A stretch of DNA of 64,000 bases, taken from positions 17,980,001-18,044,000 of the forward strand of contig JBHGNT010000005.1 of NCBI GenBank assembly GCA_043228905.1. The letters run 5' to 3'. Position 1 is the stretch's first letter; every line of letters begins with the position of its first letter. The notes beneath the pieces were generated by a model. It saw only the letters and a list, made by a program, of their open reading frames with translations, did not search any database and was not told the DNA's origin. Source of the stretch: Azolla caroliniana. Lineage: Eukaryota; Plantae; Polypodiophyta. Below are positions 38,170-49,298 of the stretch, piece by piece. The translations under genes were made by a program, and so were the position numbers.

Positions 38170-38559
38170 AGAAGTTTAACCTATCTCTTGCTTTCTCAAA
38201 CATCACTTCCCATTCCATGCATTCGTTGTATAATATGCATACATTGAGTAACCTTGTCTTCATTGTAGCAAGCGATAGAGAAGAGTGTGAACGAGAGGAG
38301 AGAGAGAGAGAGTGGCACCATAACTGTGTTCTGTAACAACATACGCCAAGAGCCCTACGCAGTTGATGCACTCGGTGTAGAGAGTGTTGTACTCTAATCT
38401 TGTCATTGTATATCCAATGTATAGTGAAGCTCCGTTCTCCGTGGTTTTCTCCCATTTGAGGGCTTCCATGTCAAATCTGTGTACACTATTTTTCTGTGTT
38501 TCCGAACTGTGTACTTTCAGCGCATCCCCTCTTGTGGATTGACGATTTGTTTCTCAACA

Positions 38560-38958
38560 CACAGTTCACCAGCATTGTCAGATGCCACGTTCACTTCTTC
38601 GCCAACTATCACTATAAGAGAAAGGGGTACAATAAGAGACTTAGAGGCAACGACCTCGAGCTCTATGCCTTCGCCAAAAAGCGGTTACAACCGAAAGACG
38701 TTCTGTATCACACACACACACACTCTCTCTCTCTATGTATATATGTATACAACGATAATAGCAACAACCTTATAAAGTGATTGCCCTAAGTCATATTTAT
38801 ACTTATATGACTTCAGGACTATTTACAAATATAGCCATGACAGGCCCATTAGAAACATATTTACAGATATGTCCCGAGATCCGGTTCACACCGGATAGCT
38901 TTCCGGATTCATCCGATCCGGCTTACGGATGCCATCCGGAGGGACCTGTTTCCCAGCA
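38560..38958 (-). mobile_element. Copia A 5' part: truncated LTR (38958 to ~38607) fused to pre-integrase sequence (38606-38560)
   Basis: The minus strand starts TGCTGGGAAACAGGTCCCTCCGGATGG, like the Copia C LTR, then jumps to codons for EEVNVASDNAGEL. Confidence 0.8.
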
Positions 38959-39545
38959 ATAACAACAATCATCATCCCGAGGAGAGTGAAAACATTTGTT
39001 TCATAGTGTTGTTTCATTGTGTGTGTGGAATTGAGTAGAGTGTCTTTCTCTCTCGATTTATGCTCCGGAAGGTTTCGAACCCATGACCTCCCTTTCCTTT
39101 CCTTTCCTTTCCTTTCCTTTCCTTTCCTTCTTGCCTTCAATTCTTCATGTGGCTTGAAGGTGGGTAGTATTTTTTACTCTATTTCCTTTCCTTCTCTTCT
39201 CTTCTCTTCTCTTCTCTTCCTCTGCACAGACAAGACAGATCCACAGAAATTGAAAAGCTTCCTCGCCCAATCTCCAGATCTGCCGCTACAGGTTTGGTCA
39301 ATCTCGCCTTCCTTTTTCTTTTGAAATGCCTTGAGCTTTTTCGTTCCAGAAAAGCATCATGCTTCACAGGGAAACAGAGATTCAAAAGCTTCGTATGCTT
39401 TTCAAGATTCCACGACTCTCTTTTGATTGTTCTGTAATGGCTAGTGGGGGCTGTTGATCTCTCATCTGTCCTTTCTTTCTAATGTTTCTTCACTAATGGT
39501 TTCATCTGTCCTTTCTTTCTAATGTTTCTTCACCAATGGTTGTTT

Positions 39546-39547
<2 letters not shown>

Positions 39548-39598
<51 letters not shown>
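39548..39598. repeat. (CA)n microsatellite
   Basis: Uninterrupted CA run. Confidence 0.95.
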
Positions 39599-39601
<3 letters not shown>

Positions 39602-40651
39602 GAATCATGAGCTATCCATGGTTAGACAAATGCTCAACACTTTTAAAGCAGGAAACTACAAAAGAAGTGCCATAAGAAGCACCACTAGAATCAGGGCAAA
39701 TAGTCATCACAAAGACAAAGACGGTGTGTTTAGGCGATATGGTCGAATCCCTTGGACTTAATGTGATTGGAAAAACTGAACTAACTCGAACTAAGGGTAT
39801 ACAGAAGAGATAGTTCATAGTAAGTGAACACTCAGTAGAGTTATCTCATAGTAAGGTAATACAGTAGAGTTAGTACAGGGCCCTTGGCTGGTGTATCACT
39901 ATATTGATTTTTTATAGAAATGGCCACTTACTAGATTCTGAATCCCCTGCAACTTGGTAGCTGCAGCAATGAGCTAGCCAACTTACCAGAAATCCTCTTC
40001 ATAAATATATTTGAATGTCCATATATCAAATTTTCACGACAATCACTTTGATTGGCCCCCTAAGTGAGATTCCACCAAGCTGACCCTCTTGTTACTACTG
40101 GTGGGCTTTCTCAATGCTTTCTCTCCCAAATAAACTTTCATGGAGTATCTGATTTTGTCCCTTCACTCAGATATTCTATGACACTGGAGAAGCCATTGGG
40201 TGTCTATACAAGGTCCATGAATGTCATCAATCACATGTGTGATCAAGATGATTGTTTGCTTCACAATATTTTCCGTTGATTTTCCCACCTGATTGAAAGT
40301 CACAACCTCCACAGACACTACTTTTTAGATCATCAACGTCAAACCCTTATCTCCATTAAAGAGGACAGGTCATGCGATCCAAAGTTTTCATTCTGTGACC
40401 TATCCTCTTTCATCACATGGAGTTTGTAAACATGGAACAAAACCTTATTCAAGCAATAGAAAACAAGCCAATGAATTGCCCCATGAAGGACTAGAACGAA
40501 TTGTGATTATGAGCATTGAGGATCATTGATGACATCTTTATGTGTTGGGTTCTTGCTTTGAATCCCAAAAAGCTTCACCACTTTAGGGTTGTAAGTGTCT
40601 TTTTAGACAGGGGGAAAAAACCTCCTAAAGAGGGAAAAAATGCCCCTGTAG

Positions 40652-40810
40652 TCCTAAGTGTGTTCACACACATCATTGTCCTAAGTGTGTTCACACATTA
40701 CTGTCCTAAATGTGTTCACACACATCACTATCCTAAGTGTGTTCACACATTACTGTCCTAAATGTGTTCACACACATCACTATCCTAGGTGTGTTCACAC
40801 AAATCACTAC
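40652..40810. repeat. Minisatellite, six units alternating ~27/25 bp
   Basis: TCCTAAGTGTGTTCACACA-type core repeated six times. Confidence 0.9.
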
Positions 40811-41631
40811 CAAAATATGTCAACATTATGCATGTTCTACCACAAAGCTAAGCTTTTTATATATGTTTCATACTGAAGTCGCATTTTCATTTGGCACATA
40901 ATATTTTACCATCCCATGATGTGTTTTTTTAATCTCTTTCCTCATGTCTTGGTAAATGTGTGACTCTACCCCTCTTTCTTAATGTTAATTTGTAAGTTAG
41001 AAAATCAGGATCTAATGTTTTCTGACATAAAATGTGGTGTTTTTTATATCATATATAATGGATTGTATCATGCATGTGTTGCCAGGGTATTTAAACCATG
41101 CTTTTACCCATACTTTTGTCTTCATGTGTCTCTGAAGTATAGTTTTAGTATTCAGAAAACCTGCACTTTGGAGGAGTTGTGTATTACCAAGGGTAGGCTG
41201 TCATAAATGATGTTGCTAAGGTAGTTTTAACCATATGCTCTCATATTTTTCCCCAGGGGTGTGTATACCAAAATTCTAGTAATTTGTAAACAAAATGAGA
41301 TCCTCAGATTGTTCCAAAAGTCTCTCTCCTTGGTCTTCTTTTTTGCCCCAGCCCATTGGTTGTTTGGAGGCCCCCATGCCTCCACCCCTTCAACACAGTG
41401 ATTGCCATATGGTTTTTACACATCAAAAACCAAGTGTTTGATTGAGATCACGCTAACAATGCTGAAAGATTTATTTGTCTAGTAGTCATTTGCCCAAATA
41501 CGTGAAGTTTTTATGATGCTAATGTGCAGTAGACTGATATTTTTTTTGGCGTTGTAATATGATATGTTTGTGTTGAATATGATGCTTTTTTGTGTCATAA
41601 AAATAGGGGTTTTTTGGGTGCAGGTGAAAAG

Positions 41632-42030
41632 ATGGCATTGGAGTGGATTGTATTGACATATATTGTGGGGGCAGAGGCTATCATCCTTTTGCTTGTGACT
41701 TTGCCAGGTTTCCAGCGGCTCAGAAAGGGGCTCATCTCAGTTGCAAGGAGTGCGTTGCAACCACTTTTGACTGTGATTCCATTCTGTCTTTTCCTTCTCT
41801 TGGATATTTATTGGAAGTTTGAAAACTTGCAAAAGTGTGAGAGTAGCTCGGATTGCACAGTACAGCAGATGAAGTATTCAAAGTCGGCGATGAAGACGCA
41901 GCGTAATGTGATCCTCGTTCTTTCGGCTCTCCTTTTCTACTGGCTTCTCTATTCTGTCACTCACCTGTTAGTACAGATTGATGTGCTGAGTGCACAAGCA
42001 GAGCGCTTAAAACGACTGCACTCAAGTTGA
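41632..42030 (+). CDS. B-cell receptor-associated protein 31-like (BAP29/31-family) ER membrane protein, 132 aa, single coding exon
   Basis: MALEWIVL...LLLVTLPG...LRKGL...IPFCLFLLLDIYWK...KTQRN...FYWLLYSVT matches the short plant BAP31-like family. A TGCAG acceptor just upstream (41619-41623) suggests a 5'UTR intron, with a possible donor at 39292. Confidence 0.9.
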   Translation: MALEWIVLTYIVGAEAIILLLVTLPGFQRLRKGLISVARSALQPLLTVIPFCLFLLLDIYWKFENLQKCESSSDCTVQQMKYSKSAMKTQRNVILVLSALLFYWLLYSVTHLLVQIDVLSAQAERLKRLHSS

Positions 42031-43836
42031 TTTCTCACAACATTGGTGCAAGAAAATATCATTTTTAAGTTGCCTCTTGAGTATATATTGTGATGTTGAT
42101 TACAACCATGGCGTTGAGAAAGTTCAAATTCATAAAAATGTGCGCATACCATTATTTTGAGACATGATGTATCTTTGACCGTCTGAAACTTTCATAGCCT
42201 TAAAGCCAATCTTTTTCATTGAAATTGGAAACAAGTTTTTCACAGGCTTCACAGTGAGTATGTCATCTTTGAATGTGATTTTGGGCAAAATCTAGGTTAC
42301 CAAACTACTTAGGATTACACAAGTTTGTTTATGGTGGCTTTGTCCACATTGCCTAGTCAATATCATTCCATATATTTTGAGTAGGTTCAATTGTTGTTTC
42401 ATCCAATATGGCACTGAATGAATAAACCACCCCTTGCACTGGACCTCAGTGTCCAATTACTACTATCCTTTGTCCAAATCACTATTTAACATATGAAGTT
42501 AAGTTTACATATATTGTGATAATTTGGCCTGACAAGTCAAGTCAAGGTACGTTCCCACCAATTCCACTAATGGAGTAAACCATCATTTGTAATTTGGACT
42601 TAGGTGTTGACAAGTACTATGCTTTGTTGAACCATTATTAACATATAAAGTTGGGTTTACAAATATAATGTTAATGTAATGTAATGTAAGACCTATTCAG
42701 GCACATGCAAATGGCTCTTCAGAAATGCAACAAATTAATCTCTAGATGGTAGTGAGATATTGCTTTGTGCTCAGTCATGAGACTTCAAAAATGGGAGATG
42801 TGTTACCCAAGAGTGTTGACAGAGATGTGATTTATATCTCATATTGATGTAGTTCAACAGACCAAGTCAAAACCAATTGCTCCTAATTCAAGCTTGTATC
42901 ATAATATTTCACATTAACACAATTATGTATTGGACTTCAGCACATACAAGTGGCTTGTGAGGCAGATGTATCAATTGGAAATTGTTTGTGATTGATGCTG
43001 ACTCAAGTGTCACCCTTCATAACATGGTACATCCCAGGACCCACCTTATATCTAATCAAGAATAACAAGGAGCCATTTCTAAATGGCATCCTAAAATCTA
43101 ATCAAAACCTGAAACCTGACTGTTGAAGCACCAATACATATGCAACTATTCACTGACAGCGTTTACTAGGCTCCTATAACCAGTATTTATTCATTTACTA
43201 GTTAACATAGCGTTAACAATCTTGGATGCATGTGAATGAATTTAAAAAGGACCATGATTAACAATTACTAATGCCCTGTCCCATCTCTGCCAATCAAGCT
43301 GTGGAGAGGATGGATCACATGCAAATGATAAATAGGACTATATTGTGTTCTCTCATGGCCTCGTGTGTATGAATAATATCCATGATGTAAAAGTTGTGGA
43401 GCAAAAATTATGTGAATTTTTTATTATTTCACAAGAGATGACTCAAAAGAAAACTCATAATTGAAAGTTTCTGCCTCATTCTGTCTATTAGGGTGAGGGT
43501 GAGATAGAGACAGAAAGAGGAGGTGCCATTTTGTCATTCTCATCTCCAATGACTTTATTAAAACCATCATTACACACTTTCATCAACCAATGCTGTCTTC
43601 AACCAACACTGGAGTGTGCATTTCCACCATCGTAGTTGCAAGAAATGTCTGTGGAACTATGGTAACTCCAAATGCCCTCCATGTGGTTAATACATCCAAC
43701 CAAGAAGCTTCAAATGCACCCTCCTAAAGAAGTTAAACTCATTGCTACACAAAAATAAGCTTCAAATGCCCCAACACAGCTTTGGTTGTCTATTCAATGA
43801 ATTTTCCTGACAGCCCAGGTACTAATCATTGATCTT

Positions 43837-46384
43837 TTATCGAATTTGAGTTTTCGGCGGCAGCTTCCGTAGAATGAATAGCACAAGGCCCGATGGTAAG
43901 ATCTCGACCAGCTACTCAAACAAAAGATTATGCACATTATATATATGAATAGTTCTCAGTTTGTACTTAAGAAAAATTGAACTTCACAAATGGACTAGAG
44001 ATTGATCTAATGGTTCAGGTCCTTGCCTTATCAGTCATAGGACAAAGAGTTTGAGCACCAAATCACCCCCAAATGTCTCTTAGGTCACAATAAAACTCAA
44101 AATCCTAAACCTTAACTTACATCATACAGCTGTAGAGCCTGAAAACCCTCAACCTCATAAGATGATGCTTACCAGGTAGTATATCAGGTTCAATATTGGA
44201 TGATCAAGGACACTTAAATCAATATCTTCATCAAACGCTGACCAGCCTACCTGGGAAACTCATCATTCAAATTTAATTTCACTTATATACCGAAAAGTTC
44301 AGAAAAACTGAAATCGGGCAATAATTGATTAATACTTGTCGTTACAAATTAACTTATATGAGAAGTTAACAAAATTCAGAGTCAAGCATTATTTATTAGC
44401 TTATATATCTCAAAGACATACCACAATTGTTCTGACGATGAAGCACATGCAGCATATGACTGTTACGAATCCAACCTATAATCAGTAATGATAATTCCCA
44501 GTTTATTAAATGTGAACAATATGTAAAGGAACTAAGGTTCTTGGTAATATTTAGAGAAATTTTCAAAAATATCATTCAATGTGAACAATATGTAAAGGAA
44601 CTATGGTTTCAAACTATTAAATCATGCACTTGAGAACAGTGATTGACGGGTCTAGATTTACTTAAAAGTTCAACAAAGATTAAAAACCTCGTTTACCACT
44701 GACAAGGATATTTTTGAACTTTTCCCTCATAACCATTTAACATGGGGAATATTAGTTCAAAGACATTGAAATCCTTCTACATCGCCTAATTGAACAGCAT
44801 TTTTCCAAATTTCACTGGAAATTATTTAAAAAATGGGAAAAACAACAGAAGATCTACCTCTTTTAGCTTCTTTCGTCGACCTTTCGACTCAAGTGGAAAC
44901 TGTTGAAGCATCAAGAATAACCTTCACAAGTGCAAACCCATACAAACATAAAAATACTTATTGGTTTAATTTTAGTCAAGAAATTGGTAAGGACGAAAAA
45001 AAGCACCTTCCACCGAAAAGTAAGAAACCAACAGCAGCAAATAAGGAAACAACTGCAAATCCGAAACACAACATCATAATATTAGACCAAGTATGGAATT
45101 CCTGACACCTCCTGAGCCCAAATCACAGATATACAGACACACATAAGATCGTAGGAGGAGATTCCACTGCAGATATTAAAGGTAGATTCAAATCTTATCT
45201 AGTCCCAGTGTACCTTTTCATAGTGTTAGGTATTTTATGGATAGAATTCATATCATAGAGCTGGTTTCTTTTTGTATACACAAGAGATATTGTATGAAAA
45301 CCTGTAGTGACTTGTTTCAGTTTGAAAACAATCAATGACAGATACTCATAACATCCTAAGAAACCTCACAGATATTGCTGTATACAATTTTTCCTAATCA
45401 CCTGCTAAAAACAATCTTGCCACGGCTATGGTTGCTGCAGTGTAGCTAAACCACTCAAGAATCCACAAGAGAATCTGTAAAAACAGAACATAAACACATA
45501 TAAGTCATGATCGTGCTATACAAAGCATTGTTTTTTCCATGAATTCAAACAAATTGAGATTATATTACCTGTATTGCATATATTACACCATTCATTATAA
45601 GAAATCCAGGGCGGAGCTTGTTAGATGGCAAACTTCTAGCCTGTTACAGAAACAATGACTCAGCATATGAATTATACATTTAGTGGACATATGTCACAAA
45701 ATGAAATTTCTTCAAATAAGCAAAAACCTGGTGATAAATTTCTGCCCAAAAGAGGACAAGCAGGGTATATGTAGAAAAGAATAGAAGACCAGGAAAATCC
45801 AAAAGAATAATTGTGAAAATCTGAATCATAAAAATCAACCAAACAAAATAAAAATCTTTTATTTACTTGGCTAACAAAATGCACAAAAATGAACTTAAGT
45901 GTTTTGAGGCTCACCTTAATACGAAAAGAAAATACATTCCTGTAGAAGCCAAAAACAAGGGCTCGAACTGCACAAGTAATTGACACCATGTATTGCATTA
46001 TTGGAAATTTTGGTTGTGAAAATCAGAAGAAAAACATGAGATTTGTAAGAAGTCTCACCAAAATTGACATTAAAATTCATTAAATGAAACACTTTCTGTG
46101 TGGTCCAGCCATACCCTGGTGCTCGCATTTGAATGCGGTAAAGTTGTATCTGCATGTTTTCAATGATTCTAAGAATAACTAGCTTCTACATATGAGAGTT
46201 TTAGTACTTAATATGGATCAATTGCCATGTTACAGAGCCAAAAAGTCTATCTTTCAACACAAGTCTTAAATAATGTATTTAAGACCAAAATAGACCTTCA
46301 AAGATATAAATTGAAGCTTTTAAATTTGTTATTTATATAGCCGTCCAGGATAAACAATTTTTCCGTATAATGGGATAGGATATA

Positions 46385-46428
<44 letters not shown>

Positions 46429-47216
46429 AAGTTAAGAAACAAACGCCCTACACCCTCCTCCTCCTTGAGACGGGATCACTTCCTATTGAGATTATGGCCA
46501 TGGAAAGGGTTGTTGAATACATGCTTAAGGTTCAAAAAAGTCCCTCACATCGACTTACTAGATTGGATGGGAAGTGAGCAAAAAGATCCAAAAGACACAT
46601 AAAAGCAAAATTTTGTGTTCCGGTTGGATGCAAGATATAGAAAAATGGTTTGATAAATGGGATGCAACACACTTGCTTCATGATGCATCACTAGATTCCT
46701 CTGTAAATGAGGCCTTTTTGCAACGCCAATGTATCATGACATGGGACAAATGTGGAGGCTCACACTTCACACATTATACTACACTTCTTGCACCTAACTA
46801 CAAAACCCTATTCTTCACAAAATGGGGAAACCATACCATCCCATTATATGCCATTCAAACCATTGCTTCCATGCCACTTAGCTCACATGCATTGCGATGT
46901 GAGACGGGGCGTTGGGGTACAAGTGATGAGAGTGGTCGAGTATGCACACTTTGCCCTAAACAAGTTCGAGTGTTTGAGTATCACACTTTGATACAATGCT
47001 CTGCCTTTGACCATATTCGACCATGCTTTCCACACATCTTCGACCAAGCCCAATCCTTGCACGAATTTCTCTCACAACCACAATGTGCACTCTTGATTGC
47101 AACATTCATTTGTAAAGTTCTTGAATATCAAGAGTCGCTACTCACTTTCACACATATTGCGTGAAATGTAATATTTTTGGTCTCATAGGTCATATTTGAC
47201 CTCCAACAATGATAAT

Positions 47217-47308
<92 letters not shown>

Positions 47309-48321
47309 GGATAAGGAATTTGTTAGATGTTTGCAAATTCATGTCTTGATACTACAAGCAAAATGCTATAAAAAAGAGATTGATAAACATGACAGATTAA
47401 CAAACATCGATCCCTCATTGTTCCGTATATAACACATCTAAGGAAAGCCTAGAACTACATATCATGGTATAACAACATTATCATTTCCACCTCTTTTAAG
47501 ATTGAAGTTAAAAGATTTTAAGTTCATGGATAATGAAGTTTTTGGGCCAGAAAATTGTTCCAACTACCTTGGGTAAATGAAACCAAAATGTTTCAACCAC
47601 GAGGTTCAGTGTACCCTAAGATTCAACATTTAACACACAGTAAACCCTGTGAAAGAGTAACTCTAAATGCTTGCCATAGCCAATTACCTATATGAAGCAC
47701 ATTCTATGCATACATCAACAATGTTTACTGTGTTATAATATATAATTCAACGCTAACTCCCAACCATTTTCTGAAGATCTCTGCCCATCTAGATTATTTC
47801 GATATGACAAATCATATAATGTGGAGTATTTTCCAGGATACTAAAAACATTTTGTAAATGTGGATCGAAAGCATGGACATTAATTCAATGCGAACCTAGA
47901 GAGAGTGTAAACACATTAAACTGTAGCACATCTCACTCAATAACTGCGTATCACATTCCACTCGCATCTAAGAGGATAAACAATGTGATAGGATACATCA
48001 ACAAGGCTTAGTAATGTGAGAATTCACATCTATAAAGGCTTACTAAATTCCAGTTATAGATCACAGTTATTTATGCAATACTTCTGTCCAATGATTCGGA
48101 TATCTCACATGTCACACTATATGTAGGACAAATCTTCATTGACAACCAAGCAATTGAAAACACATTGGACCTAAATTACACAGTATAATCTTTAGAACAC
48201 ACAGACCGTAAATCTTCAAGAAGACACTGTAAACCCTAAAACAAAATACATCAAGCCCTAGAAAACACAGTAAACATTCGAAGAAGAGAAACAGTAAGCC
48301 CTAAAACAAAAAAGAGTAAAC

Positions 48322-48365
<44 letters not shown>

Positions 48366-48522
48366 ACTGAAGAAAAAGTTTTACCAGTGCTATGAGGCCG
48401 ACGAGAGAGTAGGAGGCACACAAGAAGTAGAAGATGCCAAGCTGCAAGGAAGTGGATCCAATAGAGAAGAGACTATCGAGAAGAGAAAATGCCATCGCTC
48501 TGCCATTCTCTACCATATCCAT
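43837..48522 (-). CDS. TOM1: Tobamovirus multiplication protein family (TOM1/TOM3/THH1, DUF1084), 11 exons, 278 aa
   Basis: GT-AG exons 48522-48385, 46149-46059, 45967-45915, 45820-45728, 45640-45569, 45474-45402, 45052-45007, 44921-44858, 44475-44422, 44250-44173 and 43911-43837 sum to 837 nt in frame. Motifs [61 protein letters not shown] and [10 protein letters not shown]. Paralog identity is uncertain. Confidence 0.93.
46427..47220 (+). mobile_element. 5'-truncated non-LTR retrotransposon (RTE-X-like ORF2 C-terminus) in intron 1, bracketed by (CT)n
   Basis: [12 protein letters not shown]...RVCTLC...[19 protein letters not shown] motif. (CT)n at 46388-46426 and (TC)n(TA)n at 47221-47306. 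Confidence 0.7.
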
Positions 48523-48536
48523 CGCTAGGGAGGGAA

Positions 48537-48569
<33 letters not shown>

Positions 48570-48760
48570 ATCGAAAAAACAAAGACGAAAGAAGAAAAAA
48601 AAGTAGATCCAAAGTATCTACATCAAGAAGAAGAAGAGATTATTCGATTTAGATAATGGGTTTCCGTTGTTGGGCAATTTGGATGATCTGTTTTCATTTG
48701 TTGTCCGATTTTGATGGTGATGGAGAAAAATGCAGGTGAGGGGCTGTATTGAGGAGAGAG

Positions 48761-48810
<50 letters not shown>

Positions 48811-48934
48811 AAGAAAGAAAAATTAACGTCTTGTAAGGCCAAAATTGGCCCATGAGACAATTGAGAGAGAGATAGAAAGAAAGATATATTAATGTCTTCT
48901 AAGGCCAAATTTGGCCCATGAGACGTTAATATAT

Positions 48935-48969
<35 letters not shown>

Positions 48970-49129
48970 AACAAAAGACAAAGGAAAAATGAAGAAGAAG
49001 AAGGAATGGATTGAGTGAGGTGTGTTCTAAAGAGAGTGCCCAACGTCATCTTCGTCTTGCGTAATCTCTCCACTTCTCTTCCACATGATTTGTCTTCCTA
49101 TCAGTTCCGCGTACCGGGCTTACACTCGG

Positions 49130-49298
49130 GGCTTAGGTTCAGGCTCAAGGTATGGCTCAAGATCTAGCTCTAGCTCTAGCTCTAGCTCCGGTTCAAGCTC
49201 AAGCTCAAGCTCAAGTTCAGGCTCTGGCTCTGGCTTTGGTTCTGGCTCAAGCTCAGGCTTCGGCTCCAACTTTGGCTCTGGCTAAAGCTCAAGCTCAG
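49130..49298. repeat. Degenerate hexamer repeat (TCAAGC/TCTAGC/TCTGGC)
   Basis: 6-nt periodicity is visible. Confidence 0.8.

Larger units (their letters stand above)
5616..38261 (+). repeat. Tandem array of tRNA-Lys(UUU) genes/pseudogenes, ~39 full-length copies plus several 3'-half copies, interrupted by retroelements
   Basis: 73-nt GCCGTCTTAGCTCAG...CTTTTAA...GGTTCGATTCCCACAGACGGCG copies start at 5669, 6036, 8080, 8386, 8692, 9060, 9427, 9795, 10163, 10531, 10899, 11267, 11635, 12003, 12371, 13432, 13800, 14168, 14536, 14910, 15352, 15831, 20257, 20577 (split), 33366, 33740, 34181, 34575, 34895, 35067, 35549, 35876, 36242, 36562, 36734, 37226, 37605, 37925 and 38097. Confidence 0.97.
1879..38559 (+). 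mobile_element. Ty1/Copia element B (decayed); 5' LTR 1879-~2547, 3' LTR remnant ~38262-38559; hosts the tRNA array
   Basis: TG...CA ends and TSD CACAA (1874-1878)/CACAG (38560-38564). 38262-38559 aligns with ~2246-2547. Degenerate iMet PBS TAGTATCAAAGC at 2551. The flanks rejoin as Copia A coding sequence. Confidence 0.85.

Noticed and set aside
5616-38261. tRNA-derived SINE or Cassandra/TRIM tandem
   Set aside because: Units have no A-tail, TSD, TG...CA ends, PBS or PPT, and they include the upstream TATA flank. A SINE origin is disfavoured but not excluded without genome data.
8077-38336. Dozens of repeated 66-70 aa ORFs (MAVLAQPVER... and MMVNLCERH...)
   Set aside because: They are translations of the tRNA and spacer. 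The ATG happens to precede tRNA position 1, there is no protein motif, and frames break in older units.
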